A DNA stretch of 58,389 bases from Candidatus Doudnabacteria bacterium (GCA_963788395.1 CAWBGV010000022.1:1-58389); one strand, 5' to 3'. Counted from the stretch's first letter, positions 31,599 to 41,725 are shown. Numbers and translations are program-made. The notes: a model not told the origin generated them from the sequence alone.

Positions 31599-33944
31599 AT
31601 GAACTATTTGGAAAACCTGCGCAACGCGGTTAATGCCTATGTAGACGCAAAGGAGCGGCGGAAGTTGGAATACAAGGTCAGGAATATTGTAACTGAGCGG
31701 AAGGAATTGGAGCACTGGACCGATACAGAGCTGCAGCTGGCCACGCAAGCGTTCCGGCAAGACTTACAAAAAGGCAAGCGCCTGGACACGTTGACTGTCC
31801 CGGCTTTTGCGGTAGTCAACGAAGTAGCGCGCCGGCTGCTCGGACAGTCGCCATACGAGGTCCAGATCTTAGGCGGCTTGGTTATTCATAGTGGTAAAGT
31901 GGCCGAAATGAAAGCGGGCGAAGGTAAAACCTTAACCGAAACCATGCCGGTTTATTTAAACGCGCTGGCCGGTTACGGAGTGCACTTAATTACAACCAAC
32001 GACTATTTAGCCGAACGCGATGCCAAGTGGATGGGGAAGCTGTACAATTTTTTGGGTTTGACGGTCGGGTACGTGACCTCGACCATGAAAAATGAGGAGC
32101 GCCGCAAAGCCTATGCCTGCGATATTACTTACGTGACCAACCAAGAAATTGGCTTCGACTTTTTGCGGGATAACTTAGTTTATTCCCGGAGCGACCGAGT
32201 CTTGCGGCCTGAGCACCCGCTGTTTTTTGGCATTGTTGATGAAATTGACAGCATCCTCATAGATGAATCGCGCACCCCGCTGATTATTGCCGAGCCGACC
32301 AAAGACGAACGTAATTTGTATGATCAGTTTACCGAAGTCGCTTCGCTGCTTGAGGAAAATAAAGATTACACTGTTGATTACAAAAATAAATACGTGGCCA
32401 TGACCAACGAAGGGTTGGATCGGGTGGAGCAAATCCTGGGCGCGCCGCTCTTTTCCAAAGACAACCCGATGTACGTATTTTACTTAGACGTCTGTTTAAA
32501 AGCCAAAGTTGTTTTTGAACGCGACCGGGATTATATTATTACCAAAGGCGGCGTAGAAATTGTAGATGAATTTACCGGCCGGGTCTTGCCGGGCCGGCGA
32601 TTTACCGACGGCGTCCACCAGGCAATTGAGGCCAAGGAAAAGGTTAAAGTTAAAGGTTCGGACCGGACCGCGGCTACGATCACTTTCCAGAATTTTTTCC
32701 CCATCTACGAAAAACTTTCCGGCATGAGCGGTACGGTTATGGACGCCCGTAAAGAATTTAATGAAGTCTATAATTTAGACGTCATTCAAATTCCGACCAA
32801 CAAACCCGTAATTCGTGTAGACCATAACGATTTGTTTTTCAAAACCCAAAAAGGCAAATTTGAGGGAATGGTCAAGAAAATTCACCAGATAACCAAACAA
32901 GGGCAGCCCTTATTGATTGGAGCGCGCAATGTTGAAATTGCTCACACGATCGCCGAAATTTTAGAAAAAGAAAATCTGCCGTTCCAATTGTTGACCGCTT
33001 CCGATAACCGGGCCGAAGCCGAAAAGATCGCTAAAGCCGGCCAGGAAGGCTTAATTACAGTCGCAACCAACATGGCCGGCCGGGGGACCGATATCTTGCT
33101 CGGCCAAGGCGTGGAGGACTTGGGGGGCCTGTTTGTACTGGGCACCGAACGGCACGAATCGCGGCGGATTGACGGCCAGCTTATTGGCCGGGCCGGCCGG
33201 CAGGGAGAGCCGGGAGAATCTCAGTTTCTGATCTCGATGGAAGACGAAATTATTCAGTTGTTTGCCAGCGAGAAAATAATCGATGTCATGGAAGAGTACG
33301 ATATTCCCGAAGATGAGTATATTTCCGGTAAAGGCTTGGATGAGGCTTTTAAGCGGGCCCAGGATTTTATCGAGAGTAAAAATTATGACAGCCGCATTTA
33401 TTTGTATAAATACGATCGCGTAGTTAATTATCAGCGCGACCAGTTGTATAAATTGCGCGACCGCTTGCTGGGCAACGAACCGGCGTTCCGGCAATTTTTG
33501 CAGGATACGACTGGCGAGGTGGTGCGGTCGATTTTTGAACTTAAAGATTCCAATATCATCAAGAGTGAATTAAAGACTATCTTCAATATTGATGTGACCG
33601 AAAAAGAAATGGCCGAAGTGCTCCGGGCAAAAAATCCGGAGTACCACCAAGAGGTTGTCAGACACTTTATAGATTACCTCACCAAAGCCGAGCAGCCCTT
33701 GGTGCAGCGACCGGAAATCTACGATGCTGCTCAGAAGCTGATTTTAGAAATAATTGATAATAATTGGGGAACGCATTTGGAATTAATGGATATTTTAAAA
33801 GAAGAGGCCAACTTGTTTTCTTACGCTTCGGTAGACCCGCTTATAGATTTTATCAAAGACGGTAATGAGCTGTTTCAACACATGGGCACCGAAATTCAGC
33901 GGCAATTTTTGAAGGCGATATTTTTCTATATAAGCCAACAATAG
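31599..33944 (+). CDS. secA: preprotein translocase SecA paralog (short, lacks C-terminal zinc-binding domain)
   Basis: EMKAGEGKT, DEIDSILIDESRTPLII, ATNMAGRGTDI, ESRRIDGQLIGRAGRQG. Start at MNYLEN (781 aa). Confidence 0.9.
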   Translation: MNYLENLRNAVNAYVDAKERRKLEYKVRNIVTERKELEHWTDTELQLATQAFRQDLQKGKRLDTLTVPAFAVVNEVARRLLGQSPYEVQILGGLVIHSGKVAEMKAGEGKTLTETMPVYLNALAGYGVHLITTNDYLAERDAKWMGKLYNFLGLTVGYVTSTMKNEERRKAYACDITYVTNQEIGFDFLRDNLVYSRSDRVLRPEHPLFFGIVDEIDSILIDESRTPLIIAEPTKDERNLYDQFTEVASLLEENKDYTVDYKNKYVAMTNEGLDRVEQILGAPLFSKDNPMYVFYLDVCLKAKVVFERDRDYIITKGGVEIVDEFTGRVLPGRRFTDGVHQAIEAKEKVKVKGSDRTAATITFQNFFPIYEKLSGMSGTVMDARKEFNEVYNLDVIQIPTNKPVIRVDHNDLFFKTQKGKFEGMVKKIHQITKQGQPLLIGARNVEIAHTIAEILEKENLPFQLLTASDNRAEAEKIAKAGQEGLITVATNMAGRGTDILLGQGVEDLGGLFVLGTERHESRRIDGQLIGRAGRQGEPGESQFLISMEDEIIQLFASEKIIDVMEEYDIPEDEYISGKGLDEAFKRAQDFIESKNYDSRIYLYKYDRVVNYQRDQLYKLRDRLLGNEPAFRQFLQDTTGEVVRSIFELKDSNIIKSELKTIFNIDVTEKEMAEVLRAKNPEYHQEVVRHFIDYLTKAEQPLVQRPEIYDAAQKLILEIIDNNWGTHLELMDILKEEANLFSYASVDPLIDFIKDGNELFQHMGTEIQRQFLKAIFFYISQQ

Positions 33945-34004
33945 AATTGAATCTACGAATGGGGTAGACTAGATTTGTAGATTCGCAGTTATTCGTAGAT
34001 TCGA
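33945..34004 (-). repeat. 60-bp GAATCTAC-based palindromic repeat, copy 2 (inverted)
   Basis: Reverse complement of 27685-27744 with 2 mismatches. Confidence 0.9.
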
Positions 34005-34047
34005 TTCTATTGTTTGCTTCTCCTTGCGTTTCTGCTATAATTCCCTC

Positions 34048-34329
34048 ATGCTTACGCGTGAGGAAGTTGTTAAAATTGCGCAATTGGCGCGGATTGCCTT
34101 GACCGCCGACGAAGTCGAAAAGTTCCAAAAAGAACTTTCGGCTGTTTTGGAATATGTTGACGAGTTAAAAAAAGTTGACACCGAAGGTTTAGAAGAAGTT
34201 ACTCAGGTTACGGGGCTGATTAACGTCCAGCGCGACGATAAACCTCTCGTTGCCACCAACCGTGAATTGATACTTTCTCAGGCCCCGGAAATTAAAGACG
34301 GGTTTTACAAGGTGAAAGCCATTTTATAA
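34048..34329 (+). CDS. gatC: Asp/Glu-tRNA amidotransferase subunit C
   Basis: MLTREEVVKIAQLARI..QRDD..APEIKDGFYKVKAIL; first gene of gatCAB. Confidence 0.93.
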   Translation: MLTREEVVKIAQLARIALTADEVEKFQKELSAVLEYVDELKKVDTEGLEEVTQVTGLINVQRDDKPLVATNRELILSQAPEIKDGFYKVKAIL

Positions 34330-34352
34330 CTTTCAGTTAAGGAAAGTCGAGT

Positions 34353-35833
34353 ATGGAATTAAAGTATTTGGAATTAACTGAACTTCGCGAGCTGCTGGAC
34401 GGCAAGAAAATTTCGTCAGTCGAACTGGCGGAGGATATTTTATCGCGCATTGGGGAGCAAGACCAAAAGTATAATAGCTATTTGACCGTGACCACAGACG
34501 CGGCGCTGGCCCGGCGCGGGAGGCCGATGCTATGATCAGCACTCCCGGCGAGAATGCTTTTTTGTGCGGCATCCCTTACGCGGCCAAAGATTTGTTTTGC
34601 ACCCAAGGTATCCGGACTACTGCATCGAGCAAGATTTTAGATCATTACTTGCCGCCGTACGATTCGACGGTTATTTCTAAGCTTAAGGAACAAAAATCGG
34701 TTTTGCTGGGCAAAACCAATTTGGACGAATTTGCGCACGGTTCATCTACGGAAACTTCGGCGTACGGGCCCTCCCACAATCCGTGGGATGTTACCAGAAT
34801 TCCCGGAGGTTCTTCCGGCGGTTGGACCGCCGCGGTCGGTGCCGGCTTGGCCCCGTGGGCTTTAGCCACGGAAACCGGTGGCAGTATTCGCCAGCCGGCA
34901 TCGCTGTGCGGGCTCAGCGGCTGGAAGCCTACGTATGGCCGCGTGAGTCGCTATGGCGTTATTTCGATGGCTTCCTCTCTGGACAGTATGGGCGCGGTGG
35001 CGCACTCGGTAAAAGACTTAGCCCACGTGGCCGAAATCATGTCTGGCCGTGACCTAAAAGATGCTACTACCGGCCATGGCGAAGTACCGCCTTATGTTCA
35101 ACATCTATCTGCCAGCGTCAAAGGTTTAAGAATTGGCATTCCAAAAGAATATTTTATAGAAGGGTTGCAGGATGGTATTCGACAAGGCGTGATGGATGCA
35201 GTACGGGAGTTGGAAAAAGCCGGAGCTATTATTACTGAGGTCAGTTTGCCCAATACTAAATTTGGATCGTTAGTCTACGCTATTGTCTGCCCGAGCGAAG
35301 TTAGTTCTAATTTAATGCGCTATGACGGGATTCGCTATGGCCACTCTACCAAAAATGCCAACAATCTTTTAGAAGTTTACGAAAAATCCCGCGCCGAAGG
35401 TTTTGGCAACGAAGCCAAAAGGAGAATATTGACCGGCACCTACGTTTTGTCCGCCGGCTATTACGACGCTTACTACAAAAAAGCGCAAAAGGTGCGCGGG
35501 CTGATTATCCGCGAATTCGAAGACGTCTTTAAACAAGTCGACGTCTTAATTTGCCCGTCCACGCCCAGCGTTGCTCCCAAAATCGGCAAAGCCAAAGAAG
35601 ATCCGCTGTTTGGTTACATTTCCGACCAGCTCAACATTCCTTCCTCGCTCGCTGGCCTTCCTGCCGTATCTATTCCCTGCGGATTCATCAAGCCGGAAGA
35701 CGGCGAAGCTACCGTAGATATGCCGGTCGGTATGCAGATTATCGGCAAGCAGTGGGATGAACAGACGGTATTTAATGCGGGTTACGCGTTTCAGCAATTG
35801 ACAGATTGGCACAAGAAGCACCCGGTGGAATAA
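34353..35833 (+). CDS. gatA: Asp/Glu-tRNA amidotransferase subunit A (frameshift near 34520)
   Basis: GKTNLDEFAHGSS, PGGSSGG, ETGGSIRQPA, YDGIRYG, AGYYDAYY. Confidence 0.95.
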
Positions 35834-35930
35834 ATCTCAAAACACAAAAAGTCAAAAGCTCAAATAAATTCCAAAAATTCAAAGATAAAACAATGGGTTT
35901 AAAATAACATTCTGAACTTAATAAAAGAAC
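35834..35930. repeat. left A-rich short-period flank of the four-helix-bundle cassette
   Basis: ..CAAATAAATTCCAAAAATTCAAA..; imperfect inverted partner at 36293-36371. Confidence 0.6.
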
Positions 35931-35933
35931 GTG

Positions 35934-36292
35934 ATGCCTGATGAAAAGAAAAAACCTTATGATCTTGAAGAACGGACGTACCAATTTGCTTTAGATGTGG
36001 CTTTATATGTAAGAAGCTTCCAAAAACTATAATGAATATAGAGTGCATTAAGCAAGTTATCAGATCTTCGGGCTCGCCGGGAAGTAATTATATTGAGGCG
36101 AATGAGTCATTGGGGAAGAAAGATTTTCAGATGAAGATTAGAATATTGTCGAAAGGAATCAAAAGAGAGTGCTTACTGGTTGCGGCTGTTGGTCAATACA
36201 AAACGATGCAAATGTTTAAAGCGGAAGGTGTCAGTTTAATGAACAAAGCGGTTGAGTTAAAAAAGATGTTTTCCTCGATACTGAATAAGTAA
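35934..36292 (+). CDS. four helix bundle protein (23S rRNA-IVP / TIGR02436-like); several indels
   Basis: MPDEKKKPYDLEERTYQFALDV..QVIRSSGSPGSNYIEANESLGKKDF..; the KESKESAYWLRLL motif is present in an alternate frame. Confidence 0.88.
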
Positions 36293-36371
36293 TTTGTTAT
36301 TGACAATCCCGTCATTAATTGATAATTGTTGATTTATTTGGGATTTGTATATTGAGCATTGATATTGTATT
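36293..36371. repeat. right T-rich short-period flank of the four-helix-bundle cassette
   Basis: ..TTGATTTATTTGGGATTTGTATATTGAGCATTG.. Confidence 0.6.
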
Positions 36372-37881
36372 ATGAAAGTATTTCCGATTTCAACCGAATA
36401 CCAGCCTGTGATTGGCTTTGAAATCCACGTCGAGCTTGCTACAAAGAGCAAAATGTTTTCTTCGGCGGTGAATAATCCGGACGAGAAGGTGCCGAACACG
36501 AATATTGACGAAGTCGTGACGGCCCAGCCCGGGACTTTGCCGGTGGCCAATAAAGAAGCTATTCGTTTGGCGGCTTTGGTGGGGTTGGCTTTGAATTGCG
36601 AGATAGATGAGTTTTCCAAGTTTGACCGCAAGCATTATTTTTATCCCGACCTGCCCAAAGGCTATCAAATTTCCCAATACGACCAACCGATATCTAAAAA
36701 CGGTTTTCTCGATGTCAATATTGGCGGAAAAATAAAGCGCATCGGCATTACCCGGGCTCACTTCAGAAGAAGATGCCGGCAAAAATGTCCATCCTGAAGG
36801 TTTACCGTATTCGTTGGTTGATTATAATCGTGCCGGTTGCGCACTCCTAGAAATTGTAACTGAGCCGGATATTGAAAGCGGCGAAGAAGCGCGGTTATTT
36901 TTGCAGGAGTTGCGTAACATTATCCGCTACTTAGGCGCTTCGGATTGCGATATGGAAAAGGGGACTATGCGCTGCGAACCGAATATTTCGGTGCGCAAGC
37001 CCGGCGAGACTTCGCTGCCAAAATATAAAGTCGAAGTCAAAAACATCAATTCTTTTAAATTCGCGGAGTCGGCCATTAATTACGAATTGGCCCGGCAGAC
37101 GGAAATCCTTAAAGAAGATAAAATTCCAAAACAGGTGACTATGGGCTGGAATGAAAAGTTGGGAGAGACCGTAGAGCAGCGGTCTAAGGAAGAAGCCAAC
37201 GATTACCGCTATTTTCCGGAACCGGATTTACCGATTTTGCAGTTCAGTCAAGAATATTTAGACAAGCTTAGTTCTGAGTTACCGGAATTGCCGGCGCAAA
37301 AACGGGTGCGGTTTAAAGATGAATTTGGTTTGCCGGATGCCGACGTGGAAAATTTATTGAACTGGAAAGAATTGGCCTATTATTTTGAAGATGTGGTCAG
37401 TGAACTGCAGGAATGGGAAGAGCAAGACCCGTTACGTACGGTTAAAAGCGGGGCATTAATTAAGCCCGCGGCCAACTGGTGCTTGCAAGATTTTTCGGCG
37501 CTGCTCAACGCACAGGGGATAAACCCTATGGACAGCCACGTCACGCCGGAAAACATGGCGGAGTTGATTACGTTAGTCTACGAAAGCAAAATTTCCGGCA
37601 GCGCCGCCAAGCAGGTTTTTAAAGTTATGTTTGAAAAAGGCGGCGAGCCGCTTTCGATTGTGCAAGATTTAGGTCTGGCGCAGACTTCCGACGAAGGCGC
37701 AATTTTAGAAGCTATTAATAAGGTGATAGCGTCTAATCATAAAGCGGTGGAAGATTTTAGGAGCGGCCACGAAAAATCGTTTGGCTTCTTAGTCGGACAA
37801 GCGATGCGGGAACTCAAAGGTAAAGGCAATCCGCAAGTGATTAATAAGTTATTGAGGGATAAGCTGATGAAAAGCAAATAA
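36372..37881 (+). CDS. gatB: Asp/Glu-tRNA amidotransferase subunit B (+1 frameshift near 36763)
   Basis: [48 protein letters not shown]. Confidence 0.96.
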
Positions 37882-37926
37882 AAAAAAGAACGCCGTCGAT
37901 TCCAAAATATGGAACCGCGGCGTTTT
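37881..37926. terminator. hairpin terminator between convergent gatB and PEP-CTERM genes
   Basis: AACGCCG..TTCCA-AAATA-TGGAA..CGGCGTT flanked by A/T tracts. Confidence 0.6.
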
Positions 37927-37930
37927 GTAG

Positions 37931-38521
37931 TTAGACGAGAGGCCGACGAACAAAAGCGAGCCCCGCAAACCCTATTATCAATAAAATTGGGGTCGACGGT
38001 TCTGGGACTTGTGGGTTTTCGACCGTCACTGTAATGGGGTCGAATTCCGCCGGCTGGCCTGTTCCCTCGAGGGTGGAATAGTCTTGGCTTGTGACCAGGC
38101 TGTGGGAGACGGCCTGAAAGGTTAGTGACTGGCCGACGTCCAACGCATACAATGCGAGCACTGGACCGAGTGTGGGGCCGTTATGGAAGCCCCCCGTGGA
38201 ACTAATGTAGGTCCCAGCTGGCCCACTGACCAACTCGAGGTCTGGCTCGAACGGGTTACTGGGATCGGCCGGGAATTCACCTAACCCATAGTGCGGGTCA
38301 GATGGGTTATCCGGGAAAATAGCGTAATCCCCAATGACCAACCATCCCCAGGTTTGGCCCGGAACATAGGTTCCGTCCGCGTTCGTGTTCACAATGTTGT
38401 ACGTGTACAAAAACGTACCGTCATTTTGCGAAACCACGGTCGCAGTAGCGGTAAGCGGCGAGGCCTGCACAGTTAATGTCACTGTGAGGAAAAACAGCAC
38501 AACAGTTATATTCAAACGCAC
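37931..38521 (-). CDS. PEP-CTERM protein-sorting domain protein
   Basis: Signal peptide, then C-terminal VPEPST + hydrophobic helix + RR. Confidence 0.92.
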   Translation of the reverse strand: MRLNITVVLFFLTVTLTVQASPLTATATVVSQNDGTFLYTYNIVNTNADGTYVPGQTWGWLVIGDYAIFPDNPSDPHYGLGEFPADPSNPFEPDLELVSGPAGTYISSTGGFHNGPTLGPVLALYALDVGQSLTFQAVSHSLVTSQDYSTLEGTGQPAEFDPITVTVENPQVPEPSTPILLIIGFAGLAFVRRPLV

Positions 38522-38706
38522 GTGTGCACTCCTTAAATTTGTACTTCAAAAACTTTGGCTTAAGTCTAACATAAAAAGGCAAGTGCGTCAAGTATATAAG
38601 TCTTGTACAATGGAACATGATATCTCCTTACAAACAAAAAAAGGAACCTTGCAAAAAAACTGCAAGGTTCCAAGAGTCTTAGAGCTTCCCAAAAGAGCCA
38701 AGGATC

Positions 38707-39378
38707 TTAAGTGTCCAAGAACTCTTCCTCGCGGACAGCGGGGAAACGATAGCCGCCACGCCAGCCACCGGCCAGCCGACGGAGGTCGAACTTGCGCTTC
38801 CTGTCCCAGCGGTTGAGCACCGGTGCACACTGGTTGCCGTAGCCATCGAGGCAGACCGAATCCTCATCCAGTAGAACGAGCGGGTTTCCTACCTGCCGTT
38901 GGGCAAAGGTCTTGCCGATACCAGTGCCGTCGTCCACGTCGCCAGGTCGGTCGCCATTCGCCCTTATCCGCTGCCGCATTTTTTCAGTGGAGCCAGGGCC
39001 GGAATAAAGCACGATATGCCGACGCACCTTGCGTTTCAGTTTGGACTTGCCCGCCGTTATATTCCGATGGACGCCGCCCTTGAAATCGCAAGCCGTGATT
39101 CGATCCGGAAACGAAACGGCCGGGTCGAGTTCAATCCACCCCAAGTCTTCAACTTCTTCCTTGAGCGTGGATTCGGGCTGTTCTTCGACAGCTTCCACTT
39201 CTTCCGGCTTCGGGGGCCGAGCAGCGATTGAAAGCGCGGCAATCTCTGGAGCTAAACTCTCCAGCCGAGCCACGTCATCATCATCACCACCGGTAGCGAG
39301 TATGGCATCAATAACCGCATTTACAATCACGGTCATCTTTCCCCACCCACGTCGAAAATCACTCTTTTTTTGAGCCAT
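38707..39378 (-). CDS. hypothetical protein
   Basis: 223-aa ORF, acidic linker, C-terminal W....F.L......W.G.YRF.AVR motif. Confidence 0.7.
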   Translation of the reverse strand: MAQKKSDFRRGWGKMTVIVNAVIDAILATGGDDDDVARLESLAPEIAALSIAARPPKPEEVEAVEEQPESTLKEEVEDLGWIELDPAVSFPDRITACDFKGGVHRNITAGKSKLKRKVRRHIVLYSGPGSTEKMRQRIRANGDRPGDVDDGTGIGKTFAQRQVGNPLVLLDEDSVCLDGYGNQCAPVLNRWDRKRKFDLRRLAGGWRGGYRFPAVREEEFLDT

Positions 39379-39643
39379 AAATCCTCCTCGGTCTACTTTC
39401 TGCTTTTTTAGGAGCCTAAAGCCTACCGATGTTTTTCGGTTGTCATACGTGATACGTCACGCGCGGACAGGCCTCAACAATTGAGACGAGCAGTTTAACT
39501 ACAAAAAAACAGCTTTTGTAACCAAACTGCCCATATCAAAATTTAACTTTTAATTATACCTGATTTTCTTACTCCTGTCAAGCTGTATGTCGCAAATAAA
39601 AAAAACCGACTTGCCGCAGATGCGACTAATCGGTTATTTGTGG

Positions 39644-39832
39644 TTAGGTTCTTTTATGGTCAGGTTTTTCAGGAGCGACCAAAGGGCCATAATCTATACC
39701 ATAGGTAGCTGTTTCTTCGACGTTCGGCTCAATAGTTCGTAACGCAGGTGCAAGAGGTTTGATTTCGCGAATGCGAGGGGTCGCATTAGCCGCGCCGTAG
39801 CCTAGTTGTTCCAAAGTCTTTAAGTTTTTCAT
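39644..39832 (-). CDS. small hypothetical protein (possibly extends to 40009 through one TAG)
   Basis: 62-aa ORF; in frame with an SD-preceded ATG at 40009. Confidence 0.4.
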   Translation of the reverse strand: MKNLKTLEQLGYGAANATPRIREIKPLAPALRTIEPNVEETATYGIDYGPLVAPEKPDHKRT

Positions 39833-40035
39833 GCCAAAAAAGAGTCCTTTACTCGCTCTGGCGTTGCAATCGCAAGGCCGCCTTGGTCTTCTCGAGGCTC
39901 CCTGGGTAGGTTTACTGTCCCGGATAGTAACTGTGACTTGCTCAGCTGCCGTGCTTGCAGCCTCCTGGCTGGCAGCCAGAATCTATTTCAATTCGTTGGA
40001 ATTTGGCATTACGCCTCCTTACCAGGAAGTATAGC

Positions 40036-40995
40036 CTATTCCAAAAACTTTACAACCAACTCGGTTGCTTTTTTGCCATCAGGCATCCAGTGGATTTCGG
40101 CGTTGCGTTTCCACCAGGTCAGTTGCCGTTTAGCGTAATGTTTGATTGCAAACGAGAGCTGCTGCAGCATTTGCTTCTCGCTCAATTTTTTTTGCAAGAA
40201 CAGCGCCAGATATTTATATTCTAACCCAAAAGCTTCCAGCCGCTTCCATGACAGTCCCTGGCGATGCAGTCTGCGGACCTCATCAATCATGCCGCTTTTT
40301 ATTCTTTGACTAAGGCGCAGGTCAATTTTTTTATAGAGCGCATCTTGGGGCGGCTGAATCCCCAGCCACAAAACATCATAGCCAGGCTGCGTTTTCATTT
40401 TTGGAAGCGGCCGGCCGGTGGTCAAAACTATTTCCAGAGACCGGATTAAGCGCCGCTTATTGTGCCAGTCAATCACCGCCGCGCGGTCAGGGTCGAGTTG
40501 CTTCAACTTTTCATACAGCTGTTCAATGTCCAATTTTTCTAATTTTCTGCGCAGCGCAGGATTGGCTTTAACTTCGGGGATACTTTGATTATAAATAACC
40601 GCGTCTATCCACAAACCCGTGCCGCCGCAAAGAATAGGCAGTTTGCCGCGGCCGACTATCTCGCTGATAGCCTTTTGTGCCGCCTTTTGGAACAAGGCCA
40701 CGGAATATTGTTTTTTTGGATCAACAAAATCGATACAATGATGCGCCACGCCCCGATAATAAAAATAACCCAAGCGACCCGAAAAATCGCGGCCGCGATT
40801 TTTTTGGCCCACAGGTTTTTTCCACTGGCCGGGGATTTTGCCGGTGCCTAAATTCAGGCCGCGATAGACCTGCCGGCTGTCGCAGGAAATAATCTCGCCG
40901 TTATATTTTTTGGCTAAAGCAACGGCCAACTCGGATTTGCCCGAAGCCGTGGGTCCGACTATAGCAATAACTTTGGGAGTTTCGTCGGAGCTCAT
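40036..40995 (-). CDS. miaA: tRNA dimethylallyltransferase MiaA
   Basis: GPTASGKS, IISCDSRQVY, GGTGLW, RRLIRSLE, YAKRQLTWW. Confidence 0.96.
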   Translation of the reverse strand: MSSDETPKVIAIVGPTASGKSELAVALAKKYNGEIISCDSRQVYRGLNLGTGKIPGQWKKPVGQKNRGRDFSGRLGYFYYRGVAHHCIDFVDPKKQYSVALFQKAAQKAISEIVGRGKLPILCGGTGLWIDAVIYNQSIPEVKANPALRRKLEKLDIEQLYEKLKQLDPDRAAVIDWHNKRRLIRSLEIVLTTGRPLPKMKTQPGYDVLWLGIQPPQDALYKKIDLRLSQRIKSGMIDEVRRLHRQGLSWKRLEAFGLEYKYLALFLQKKLSEKQMLQQLSFAIKHYAKRQLTWWKRNAEIHWMPDGKKATELVVKFLE

Positions 40996-41135
40996 GGTTT
41001 TTTTACAATAAGTTTGCGTCCGGCAAATTTGCCGCCGCGCAACAGGGCTTTGCCGTGCATGGGCATACGCGGCCTTTTTTTGAGTTCACGTTTTTTGGCT
41101 TTGGTCGGGAATTCCCCAATAATATGCTTCTTCAT
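40992..41135 (-). CDS. 47-aa basic small protein, ATGA-coupled to miaA (below ORF-track cutoff)
   Basis: Manual translation MKKHIIGEFPTKAKKRELKKRPRMPMHGKALLRGGKFAGRKLIVKKP*; the stop overlaps the miaA start. Confidence 0.65.
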   Translation of the reverse strand: MKKHIIGEFPTKAKKRELKKRPRMPMHGKALLRGGKFAGRKLIVKKP

Positions 41136-41194
41136 TCGTTGATTCGTATCTTAGGCTCCTATATAATTATAGTATACCATTAAACCAAAAATCT

Positions 41195-41725
41195 ATGAGT
41201 AAAAAATTTGCGATTGTTATTATCATTCTTATCATTATTATCGGCCTGATATTCTTTTATTACCATAAACAGGCTAACGCCCCTGCTCCGAACGAGCCTG
41301 CCGGAAAGTCTGCTGCTGCGGTTATGGTTACTCTGGCCGCGCCCACTCCAACTCCCGCGACCAGCACTGCGGCGGTCAGTCTAACCCCAACCATAAGCAA
41401 TACTACTCATTACAGCAGCGGCAATGAAGGCGAAGACGCCGGTCCCAACATTCAAGTCGTAGAAATGGATTACAGTAATTCCACCTTCAGCCCGGCCACC
41501 TTACAAATCAACAAAGGGGATTACGTATTTTTTCGCAACAAAGGCAGCGGGACGTTTTTACCCGCGCTGGCTCAGGCGCCCGCCGGCGTAACTTTCAACC
41601 CAAATCAAGCTACTGACCAGCCCGGCGGAGAATACAAGTTCGAATTTAATCAAGCGGGCGTTTATAAGGTTATAAACGGTCTTGAGCCGTCGGGAGCCGT
41701 TGGCACTGTAGTTGTGAGCCAATAA
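41195..41725 (+). CDS. membrane-anchored cupredoxin-like protein
   Basis: TM, P/T linker, FSPATLQINKGDYVFFRN..F.F...GVY..; no canonical Cu ligands. Confidence 0.75.
   Translation: MSKKFAIVIIILIIIIGLIFFYYHKQANAPAPNEPAGKSAAAVMVTLAAPTPTPATSTAAVSLTPTISNTTHYSSGNEGEDAGPNIQVVEMDYSNSTFSPATLQINKGDYVFFRNKGSGTFLPALAQAPAGVTFNPNQATDQPGGEYKFEFNQAGVYKVINGLEPSGAVGTVVVSQ

Noticed and set aside
35934-36292. Diversity-generating retroelement (Avd-like gene)
   Set aside because: No reverse transcriptase and no TR/VR repeat pair with adenine-specific mismatches is visible in the window.
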